From Octopus bimaculoides (taxonomy: Eukaryota): DNA of 36,766 nt. The notes under the pieces are model-generated. The model ran no database searches and was not told the DNA's origin. It worked only from the letters and a program-made list of their open reading frames with translations. The position numbers and the translations under genes were made by a program. Location: contig NC_068985.1 of assembly GCF_001194135.2 (NCBI RefSeq), positions 9,718,206 through 9,754,971 of the forward strand. The letters run 5' to 3'. Shown here piece by piece: positions 10,040 through 18,957 of this stretch (position 1 is its first letter; every line of letters begins with the position of its first letter).

Positions 10040-10277
10040 GGGCATATAACGTAGTGGTTAAGAGCACAGGCTACTAACCCCAAGATTCCGAGTTCAATTC
10101 CAGGCAGTCACCTGAATAATAATAATAATAATATCGAAAAATACCTTAGGAATGAGAACCCAAGTTCGAAATTTTCCCAAGACACCTGATGAAGGCTGGA
10201 GGGTATATCAGCCGAAATGTTGTGTTAACAACAAACAAGATGAGGACAAATATCCGTCAAATGTAAATAATGTAAAA
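10040..10277 (+). mobile_element. tRNA-headed SINE with a Penelope-like hammerhead-containing tail
   Basis: tRNA-like head 10040-10112 (A-box TAACGTAGTGG, B-box GAGTTCAATTCC), (AAT)n spacer, then a body containing a hammerhead motif at 10181-10226. Confidence 0.7.
10181..10226 (+). ncRNA. Minimal type I hammerhead ribozyme motif
   Basis: Helix I GACAC(10181-85)/GTGTT(10222-26). CTGATGA 10186-92 plus one extra A. Helix II GGCTG/CAGCC (10194-98/10209-13). GAA 10214-16. Helix III ATGT (ACGT with a C>T change). Predicted cut after U10221. Confidence 0.55.
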
Positions 10278-10307
10278 GTTTTCTTTTCTCTTTTCTTTTC
10301 TTGCAGG

Positions 10308-10409
10308 ATGGTGCCTGTGCAGGAACATGTTTGTCCTGCATGCAAGATTAAGATGCAACTCTTTGCCATTAACTTTGAAGAAAGTATATATTTATGCCCT
10401 ACCGAAGGG
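10308..10409 (+). CDS. USPL1: USPL1 coding exon 1 (MVPVQEHVCPACKIKMQLFAINFEESIYLCPTEG), N-terminal Cys-rich motif
   Basis: Polypyrimidine tract plus TTGCAG| acceptor (10306), donor GTAAGA at 10410, phase 0. CPAC...F.ESI.LC matches the USPL1 N-terminal CPAC...FQESIFLC motif. Confidence 0.9.
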
Positions 10410-10596
10410 GTAAGAATTGAATTTTTTCTTTTTTTTTAACATAACACTTTACATTAGATATGAATAGGCCACTGAATATAATGCTAACTTTAGCTATATG
10501 GGATACTTCATCATGCTAAAAAGTATGTTAAATGTTTTTAACAAGTCAGTACCATGTTCTACTATGTTAGCAGTGCTTTCTACATTATTTTGTTAA

Positions 10597-11056
10597 CCCT
10601 TTCATTACAACCCGGCTGGAACCAGCTCTGGCTCTGTAGTACAAATGTTTCATCTCCATAGGTTTTGAATTAAAATTTTCCACCAAACCTTTGTCACATT
10701 CCTAACACTAGCATAATGATAATTAAGTTATTTTACTAAATTCTTTGTTATATTTAAAATTAATTGAATGAAATACAGAGCATCTCAAAATGAATACGGT
10801 AACAAAAGGGTTAAAGTCACGATGATATTTTTAACCCTTTTGATACCAACCTGGCTGAAACTACCTCTGGCTCTGTAGTACAAATGTTTTATCTTCATAA
10901 GTTTTGAATTAAAATCTTCCACCAAACCTTAGTCACAATTTATGTTCCTAACACTAGCTGAATGATAACAAAGTTATTTTACTAAATTCTTTGTTATATT
11001 TAAAATTAATTGAAAGAAACAGAGAGCATCTCAAAATAAATACAGTAGCAAAAATG
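10597..11056 (+). mobile_element. Two tandem piggyBac-type MITEs, family F (10597-10810 and 10835-11056)
   Basis: Each is bounded by TTAA and begins CCCTTT, with near-identical bodies. A third copy is at 23931-24142. Confidence 0.85.
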
Positions 11057-11291
11057 TTAAATAATAAAACAGCTTTCAATGACCAAAAATTCCAAATGAA
11101 ATTCAGCAAAATTTGGATAAGTAGTGACAATAGTTGAATGTTTACACCACATGTTTATACTATATTCTATATTGGGTTGTATGCTAGAAAATATGGTGCA
11201 TTAGTTTAATAACTTTCTTTTTTTATTATAATAAATTTTCATAAATTTCTTAATTATCTAAATATTCAAACAATTCTTTTTTATTCTCCAG

Positions 11292-12370
11292 TGTTTTTAT
11301 CCTCTGAACCAATCACATAAAATAGTACTTGTTGCCACTAATAACATGTGCGGTGACAATGAAATGGTCTCAGCATATCCCGAAGAGAAAGCTTTAGATG
11401 TAATCTCATCTGGAGACACAGAACAGAACAACAGTGGTTCTTCAGTGGCTGAAGATGGTGTTGCACACGAAGAAGAACCGGCTGCTGTTGATATTTCAGA
11501 TTCAAATAATGCTTTAATGAATTTACCAAAGTCTATGGAATCAATTATCAGGAAAGTTGCTTTGGCCAACAAGAACTTCACCAGTTTATTGCCTAAAAAT
11601 TTTCTTGAATCATTGTCTCCACCATCCTCATCATCATCATCATCATCAATATCAGTATCACCAGCAGCAGCAGCAACAGCATCATCATCATCATCATCAT
11701 TATTACTGTCACCATCGTCGTCGTTTCCATCGTTAAAGAAAACGCTTAAACGGAAGATTGTTGATGTGAAGAATAACAGTTCAACTACAACTGCAAGCCT
11801 CCCACCACATTTACAACAAAGGAAACTGAATGTAAATGTTGCACAGAACAAACAAGTTCAGTACTTGCAGTGGCCAAATAGCCAGGCTCTGTGCTGGCTT
11901 GATGTGATCTTATGTCTATTTGTACACAACAAAATGCTAAAAGCTCGAGTTAGGCAACTCCCGGCCCAAGATAGATCAGTTCTTAAAACACTGTTTAAGG
12001 CCTACACTCAGGCCATGAAATTATTTAATGGCACAAACCAACCAGAAAAGGGACAGCCGACCGCTAAGGCAGGTAACTCTTCAGTCCCGGCATCTGATTT
12101 ACCCATGGCCATTCTCAAGAAAGCTATGTTGGACAACTCTGTAGCTGTGAAAGGACCCAAGAAGAAAGCTGTTAAACTGTTACTCAACGTCCGTGAAGCC
12201 GTGTGGAAACAGCTACAAACGAAGTTGCAGTGTAAGAAAGGTACAAACGATGGTCCTGTTTTCGCTCTCATATCTCTTGAGAAACAGGAGCCAGCTTTAC
12301 GTGATGTATTTACCATGGATTACATTTTGGAATTTCTTTGTAAGCAGTGTGAGCATCGTGTCACATCCAG
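11292..12370 (+). CDS. USPL1: USPL1 coding exon 2: CFYPL, low-complexity linker, catalytic Cys box and first CxxC
   Basis: Acceptor CTCCAG|11292, donor AG|GTAAGC 12371. QWPNSQALCWLDVILCLFVH corresponds to the USPL1 QWKN..ALCWLDCILSALVH box (Cys codon 11892-11894). Also contains GPVFAL and FLCKQC. Confidence 0.93.
11624..11730 (+). repeat. Coding (TCA)n/(GCA)n triplet repeats encoding poly-Ser/poly-Ala
   Basis: SSSSSSSISVSPAAAATASSSSSS read directly from the sequence. Confidence 0.9.
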
Positions 12371-12666
12371 GTAAGCAGCATATTTCTACATAATCATTTC
12401 ACATTTTGTGTAAATTTCTCTTGATTCTTATAGGTGCTCCTCTCTCTCTCTAAAGTGGTTGGCATTAAGAAGGACATCCAGCTATAAAAATCCCGCCAAA
12501 GCAGACCTCACTGGTGCTGGTGCTACATAAAAAGCACCCAGTCTACTCTGTAAAGTGGTTGGCGTTAGGAAGGGCATCCAACCATAGAAACCATGCCAGA
12601 ACAGACATAGGAGCTTGGTGCAGTCCTCTGGCTTGCCAGCTCTCATTGAACTGTCCCCGACCCCTG

Positions 12667-12812
12667 TGTTCTGAGTTCAAATTCCACCAAGGTTGATTTT
12701 GCCTTTCATATTTTCGGGGTCGATAAAATAAGTACCAGTTGCATACTGGGGTCGATGTAATTGACTCATCCCCTCCCCCAGCATTGCTGCCCTTGTAGCA
12801 AAATTTGAAACT
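12667..12812 (+). mobile_element. SINE family D, partial, with (ATT)n tail
   Basis: gttctgagttcaaattccacc...ggggtcgataaaataagtaccag shared with 18356-18572. Confidence 0.75.
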
Positions 12813-13575
12813 ATTATAATTATAATTATTATTATTATTATTATTACATTATTATTATTCATTATTATTTCGTTCATGTCACCTTTTCAACTTTTTACCC
12901 ATATACTAGGACAAATTTCACGTTATTATTACAGAGTCCTGTCTTAGCATTAAAACTGTATTACTTCCAGATCAACTCAACTTTTTCAAATGTCCTAGAA
13001 GCATTGAAAGACTTGTTCATCAGAATCTTTACCATTTACTTCCAACTCCATGGTTGCTGGATCTACTAGAAATAACAACCAAATCTTTAACTTACAGCCT
13101 CAGCAAACTCTCTTGAAAAGTGAGGGACGCATTGGGCGATATAGTCCTAGATGTGCTATGCTCAGTAAAGAGATGGAATGGTCATGATAGGGCTGTAAAT
13201 GTGCATTGCAAGATCACTGCTTTGTCTGGTATTGAGGAAAGTTTCAGAGGTAAGATCTTCATTCAAAGATCTATATAGAACAACCTCAAAGACTGGCGTC
13301 TCTAATAATATATCACTTGTCACAAAAAGACTCACTCCCTCATGAAAGTCTGTGTATTGTAGAAGGTAAACTGTTCTGCTTGTCTCAGTCATCTTAACTG
13401 AAAAACAAGATCACTCTCCATTCTCCTCTCTCTTTTTTCTCTTTTCCAGTTGGGGTGACCAGGTATCTCCTTCACAGCAAGTCACCTGTTTCTCTCCCTT
13501 TATTCATACCCTAACCTCTCGTCACTTGGCACAAAGCCACCTCCTTCGGTAATACTTCCCTTCTATGTTGAAGGG

Positions 13576-13915
13576 ATCATCATCGTTTAACGTCCGCTTT
13601 CCATGCTAGCATGGGTTGGACGATTTGACTGAGGACTGGCGAACCAGAAGGCTGCACCAGGCTCCAATCTGATTTGGCAGAGTTTCTACAGCTGGTTGCC
13701 CTTCCTAACGCCAACCACTCTGAGAGTGTAGTGGGTGCTTTTATGTGCCACCGGTACGAAGGCCAGTCAGGCGGTACTGGCAACGGCCACGCTCAGAATG
13801 GTACTTTTTACGTGCCACCTGCACAGGAGCCAGTCCAGCAGCATTGGCAATGACCACGCTCGAATGTTTTTTCACGTGCCACCGTTGCAAATCCCTTGGT
13901 GGCCTCACTGGTGCC
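13576..13915 (-). mobile_element. SINE-like family B (minus), abutting a + fragment at about 13905-14005
   Basis: catcatcgtttaacgtccgctttccatgctagcatgggttggacgatttgactgagga is the reverse complement of the family B tail. Confidence 0.85.
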
Positions 13916-14439
13916 GGTGCCACATAAAAAGCACCCAGAACACACTGTAAAGTGGTTGGCATTAGGAAAGGTATCCAGCCATAAAAACCATATCAAAGCA
14001 GACTGTGCATGCTTGTCTGTGTGTGTGCCTGTTCTGTTTTTATGTATTTGTGTTGTGGACTATAGATATAACGAAATTATGCCAGCAATGTCTCATTTTA
14101 AGCTTGAAGAAAAAAAAGCCTTGAATATTCGTTCTTACCTGCTTCGTGTGTGTGTATGCCAAATAATTTCGTTATATCTATATTCCACAACACATAAATA
14201 AATAAAAACAGAAAAGGCACACACACACACAGACAAGAACAAGCACGCATGTACAACCCATACATATACACACATATATGATGGGCTTTTTTCTGTTTTC
14301 ATCTACCAAATCCTGTCACAAGGCTTTGTTCAGCCCAGAGCTATAGTAGAAGACACTTGCCCAAGGTGCCATAGAGTGGGACTGAACCCTGGAACCATCT
14401 GATTGGGACGGAAACTTCTTACCTCGTATCCATTCATTT

Positions 14440-14645
14440 ACTCATTTATTTACTTGTTTCAGTCATTTGACTGTGGCCATGCTGGTGCACCGCCTTTAGT
14501 CGAACAGATCAATCCCAGGTCTTATTCTTTGTTTGCCTAGTACTTATTCTATCGGTCTCTTTTGCTGAACTGCTAAGTTACAGGGGCGTAAACACACCAA
14601 CATCGGTTGTCAAGTGATGGGGCAGGGACAAGCACAACACACACA

Positions 14646-14709
<64 letters not shown>

Positions 14710-14855
14710 GGGTTTCTTTCAGTTTCTGTCTACCAAATCCACTCGCAAAGCTTTGGTCGGCCTGAGGCTATAGCAGAAGACACTTGCCCAAGGTGCCACA
14801 CAGTGGAACTGAACCTGGAACCATGTGGTTGGGAAGCAAGCTTCTTACCACGCAG
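14440..14855 (-). mobile_element. SINE family A, near full length, with internal (TA)n(CA)n; another head fragment at about 14275-14410
   Basis: Complete tail, microsatellite and head in reverse orientation. Confidence 0.85.
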
Positions 14856-15035
14856 CTACACCTAATTAAATTTAATATTTGTTTAATCAAGAATGTAACC
14901 TTCCTTGGTTTGGAAAAATCTGAATCGAGGCTGATCCAAGGGTTTTGCAACATGGAAGATAGGAGGGGAAGAAGGAGCTGTAATAACTGTAAACTTTATT
15001 ATTATTATTATTAATGTTTAATTTCTCTCTTTCAG

Positions 15036-15158
15036 TCACACCAAGATGTTGCCTACTTTAGAAGCTGCCGCAGATTTTTCAATGTCTAATATGCAACACA
15101 TAGTTAAATGTTCCAATTGCAACTGTAGAAATCAGTGTCGCACCCTGAAACCCGTCAA
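15036..15158 (+). CDS. USPL1: USPL1 coding exon 3 (S-HTKMLPTL...KCSNCNCRNQCRTLKPV-K), second CxxC of the Zn finger
   Basis: Not in the ORF track. Acceptor TTTCAG|15036, donor AA|GTAAGT 15159, phase 2-2, 123 nt. Aligns by eye with the USPL1 HMKSLVTF...PCNNCNSKSQIRKM segment. Confidence 0.88.
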
Positions 15159-15383
15159 GTAAGTTACCTTTACACTTTAATTAGCTTTCTCTAATTATGT
15201 CATCATGTTTTCCTTAGATATTTATATAGTTGAATTCTATTTTCTGGCGTACAAGTTCCATTTTTCAGACCAATTTTCACAGGTCAACTTACGCACCAAA
15301 ATCCTATGTGAAGTGCGGCAGGATTTGGGAAGATACAGTAATGTTGCTTGAATGTTAAGCTCTAGATATTTTTCTTCTTTCAT

Positions 15384-15407
15384 CTGATGAAGGACTAGTG
15401 TCTGAAA
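15384..15407 (+). ncRNA. Degenerate hammerhead core in a Penelope-like fragment
   Basis: CTGATGA-A-GGAC-TAGT-GTCT-GAAA. Helix II is intact, but helices I and III are poorly formed. Confidence 0.35.
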
Positions 15408-15471
15408 TGCTAAAGACCTTTTACTTTTAAGTGTTATTCTAGTAACATCTTTATTAAAACTTGTCTCTTTT

Positions 15472-15513
<42 letters not shown>

Positions 15514-15552
15514 TTTTTGCTCAATCATCATATCTATATATATCAAAATTGT

Positions 15553-16021
15553 CATTGAACCAAATTCAATGACTGGCACCTGTGCCAGTGGAATGCTAAG
15601 AGCACCGTCCGAGCGTGATCATTGCCAGAGCAGCTGTCTGGCTTCCGTTCCAGTGGCACGTAAATAGCACCATTTGAGCGTGATTGTTACCAGTGTCGCC
15701 TTACTGGCACGTGAAAAAACATTCGAGCGAGGTCTTTGCCAATGCTGCTGGACTGGCTCCTGTGCAGGTGGCACGTCAAATACACAATTTTGAGCGTGAC
15801 TGTTGCCAGTACCGCTTGACTGGCCTTTGTGTGGGTGGCACGTAAAAGCACCCACTACACTCTCGGAGTGGTTGGCGTTAGGAAGGGTATCCAACTGTAG
15901 AAACTGTAACTCTGCCAAATCAGATTGGAGCCTGATGCAGCCATCTGGTTTGCTAGTCCTCAGTCAAATCGTCCAACCTATGCTAGCATGGAAAGCGGAC
16001 ATTAAACAATGATGATGATGA
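15553..16021 (+). mobile_element. SINE-like family B, full length
   Basis: Same 5' end (attgaaccaaattc.atgactggcacctgtgccag) as 21315. Internal repeats of about 60 bp and a (GAT)n tail. Confidence 0.88.
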
Positions 16022-16214
16022 AGAATGTCTTTTTTGTTATATTTCTTGTACAGCTAAAATAAATACCAGTTATATAATGAGAATGTAGGCAGGGCAGTCA
16101 GATGGACAATACTCTCTCCCTCCACCATGCATGATTAGTAACATTGTCTTGAAGTTTGAAATGACCACCACCGCTGCCATCATTATTCATATTTTTCCTC
16201 CTTTCCAATTGCAG

Positions 16215-16372
16215 ATGTGGAAACTCTATTTTATTACATTTCTTGAAAGGGATTCCATTTGAAGATATATCCAAATTAAATTTTACCCATAATTCCATTC
16301 ACTATCATGTCGTTGGGATTGTTCAGTATACAAATGATCCTGACCACTTCATTGCTTGGATCAAGTACTCAG
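16215..16372 (+). CDS. USPL1: USPL1 coding exon 4 with the catalytic His (DHFIAW)
   Basis: Acceptor TTGCAG|16215, donor G|GTGAGT 16373, phase 2-1. ILLHFLKGIP...QYTNDPDHFIAWI corresponds to USPL1 FMLHFVEGLP...QY...HFITWI. His codon 16345-16347. Confidence 0.93.
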
Positions 16373-16461
16373 GTGAGTGGCTTTTTTTTTTTTTCTTTGC
16401 TTTTGTTTCTTTTGCCAAAGAACTTCTTTTATTCATTGTTTACAGGTAATAATGCCAAGTG

Positions 16462-16938
16462 AAATCAAATCAAAATCGCTGACATGGCCGATGACAGTAC
16501 CGCCTGATTGGCACTCATGCCTGTGGAACTTTAAAAGCACCATCCGAGTATGATTGTTGCCGGGGCCATGGATTGGCTCTCGTGTTGGTGGCACATAAAA
16601 AGCACCATTCGAGCGTGATCGTTGCCAGCATTGCCTTACCGGCACATGTGCCAGTGGCACGTGAAAAACAGCATTCGAGCGTGGCCGTTGCCAGTGCTGG
16701 TGGCATATAAAAAGCACCATTTGAGCATGGTCAATGCAAGTACCTCCTGACTGGCCCTCGTGCCAGTGGCACATAAAAGTACCCACTACACTCTTGGAGT
16801 GGTTGGCATTAGGAAGGGTATCCAGCTGTAGAAACTTTGCTGGATCAGATTGGAGCCTGGTGCAGCCATCTGGTTCGCCAGCCCTCAGTCAAACCGTCCA
16901 ACCCATGCCAGCATGGAAAACGGACGTTAAATGATGAT
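16462..16938 (+). mobile_element. SINE-like family B with an internal tandem-repeat variant
   Basis: About five ggcac.taaaaagcaccattcgagcgtg units followed by the family B tail. Confidence 0.85.
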
Positions 16939-16943
16939 GTTAA

Positions 16944-17100
16944 AGGTGTCCAGCTGGCAGAATTGGAACAAAATACATTGCAGCATTTCATCCTTTCATG
17001 GTTGATGAAATAGATACCAGCTGAGTACTGGGTTTCATGTAATTGACTGGCCCCTTCATCCAAAATTTCAGGCCTTGTGCCTGTAGTAGAAAGGATCACT
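16944..17100 (+). mobile_element. SINE family D, internally deleted, followed by (ATT)n
   Basis: agctggcagaat...cctttcat...aaaatttcaggccttgtgcctgtagtagaaagg matches 18356-18572. Confidence 0.7.
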
Positions 17101-17116
17101 ATTATTATTATTATTA

Positions 17117-17670
17117 GATGAGAGAGCAGTGCATGTCATCAAAAGTGACACTTGGGTACAATTATATGAAGCCCAATATACCCATCATGACCACCCATCT
17201 GATAAAGGTACACCAGGCACATGCATCACAACCATATGTGCGTGACATGGTGAGGACATATCAAGATAAACAATACATGACCTTGCAGGTGGGGTCCAGT
17301 TAGAATTTTTTTCAATTTGAGTAACCCAACCTGCTCAAAAGCTCCCTGAATAAGGATTGTTTAGGGATGTTGAACAAAGCACCCATATTTCTGGTGGGGA
17401 ATCATTCAAACCGCAATGAATTCCTCTCAACACATGGCTATGATGCTGCCCCACTACTTCTGCTCGTGATCAGTGAGGCACATATCGTCAGCCACCAAGG
17501 GACATGCTCAACTGGTTAAGGTCAAACAAATGACAAGCAAATCTGTGGTATGGAACAGAATATTTGCTGTAGCCCATCTTTTATACTGAGACAAAACAAT
17601 GTACATGATAACACTGCCTCTCAGCTAAGATCAGAAGCCATGAGAACCACTTCCTGGTACTGCAACATGG
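17117..17670. repeat. Unclassified non-coding element of about 550 bp bounded by (ATT)n on both sides
   Basis: More GC-rich than the intron background and sharply delimited by ATT arrays at 17101-17116 and 17675-17699. Single copy in this window. Confidence 0.45.
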
Positions 17671-17699
17671 TATTTATTATTATTATTATTATTATTATT

Positions 17700-18325
17700 T
17701 CTTTCTATCACAGGTTAGTTGGAGCTCTTGGAGTCTTGCATGAGTAGAGGGCTTACTACCTGCAGCCTATGATACCGTGCTATCCGTTCTTTTCATTTAT
17801 TTAATACTTCCCTGATTATTCTGGCTGTGCCAAGGAGGCAAACCTTATCTAACAGTTCTACCGGACACACTATTCCAATTTCCTTTATATTCTTCTTGAT
17901 GTCTTCTGATTCTGTTCCTAAGGACCCAACAATAATTGGCACTATCTCCACCTTCTTCATTTTCCATAGCTGGGCTATTTCCTACTTAAGAGGGTTGTAT
18001 CTATCCATTTAAGGGACATGCAATGTCAACTACATAGCATATGTGGTGCATCTTGTCCATCACCACTAGCTCTGGTCTGTTATGCTTTAGCACCTGATCT
18101 GTTTGGAGTAGAAAATCCCAGTGTATTTTGCTAGTCACCGACTCCGTTACTCTCTGCAGTTTGTGCTCATACCATGTCTTGCTTCTCTCTAGCCCCCCCC
18201 CCACACACACTTTTCGCACAGTTTCCAATGCAGTGGTTTTGGGCAAGTCTAGGGCATTCATCCATGATATGTTCAATGGTTTCATCCACCCTATTGCAGA
18301 TGCAACACAGTGGAACCACTTGCTC
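17700..18325 (-). mobile_element. 5'-truncated R4/Dong-clade non-LTR retrotransposon (Zn knuckle plus restriction-like endonuclease)
   Basis: Minus frames: CCICNRVDETIEHIMDECPRLAQ (CCHC), HWKLCEK, LERSKTWYEHK, KIHWDFLLQTDQVLKHNRPELVVMDK..VDIACP, EIAQLWKMKKVEIVPIIVGSLG...LLGTARIIREVLNK* (stop 17793-17795). Contains frameshifts and one internal stop; flanked by (TAA)n. Confidence 0.85.
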
Positions 18326-18355
18326 AATTATTATCATTATTATTATTATTATTAA

Positions 18356-18572
18356 GGTGGTGAGCTGGCAGAATCATTAGCACGCCAGTCGAAATGCTTA
18401 GCAGTATTTCATCCGTCTTTACGTTCTGAGTTCAAATTCCACCGAAGTCGACTTTGCTTTTCATCCTTTCAGGGTCGATGAATTAAATACCAGTTAAACA
18501 CTGGGGTTGGTGCAATCGAATAGTCCCCTCCCTGCCAAAATTTCAGACCTTGTGCCTATAGTAGAAAGAATA
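18356..18572 (+). mobile_element. SINE family D, full length; other copies on - at about 28790-28992, 31385-31575 and 31590-31745
   Basis: ggtgagctggcagaatcattagcacgcc...gttctgagttcaaattccaccg (B-box-like)...ccttgtgcctatagtagaaag. Confidence 0.85.
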
Positions 18573-18771
18573 ATCATCATCATCATCATCATCATCGTTT
18601 AACGTCCGCTTTCCATGCTAGCATGGGTTGGACGATTTGACTGAGGACTGGTGAAACCGGATGGCAACACCAGGCTCCAGTCTGATTTGGCAGAGTTTCT
18701 ACAGCTGGATGCCCTTCCTAACGCCAACCACTCAGAGAGTGTAGTGGGTGCTTTTACGTGTCACCCGCACG
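18573..18771 (-). mobile_element. SINE-like family B, 3' part
   Basis: (ATC)n plus gtttaacgtccgctttccatgctagcatgggttgg, the reverse complement of the family B tail. Confidence 0.85.
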
Positions 18772-18797
18772 AAATAATAATAATAATAAAAATAATA

Positions 18798-18838
<41 letters not shown>

Positions 18839-18957
18839 TGTTATCAATAGTACTACCACCAGCATCACCTCTATATTCATAACCATGTGTTGTTGCTTAA
18901 TTAATTAATTAAGTAAACTGAGTACTATATTGTTTTTATGTTTTTATTTTATTTCAG

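Noticed and set aside
10040-10112. Functional tRNA gene
   Set aside because: The anticodon stem is largely mispaired (ACAGG/CCCCA), the anticodon would be ACT, and the sequence runs into a SINE body. It is a tRNA-derived head.
10152-10307. Upstream part of the 95-aa ORF as the USPL1 N-terminus
   Set aside because: It lies within the SINE tail and polypyrimidine tract, so it is intronic.
11297-11851. 184-aa minus-strand ORF with poly-Asp (also 12008-12316)
   Set aside because: Antisense shadow of USPL1 exon 2 and its TCA/GCA repeats.
15600-16800. CRISPR-like array from the recurring ggcac.taaaaagcacc units
   Set aside because: Eukaryotic context, degenerate repeats, spacers similar to each other, embedded in a dispersed retroposon, and no cas genes.
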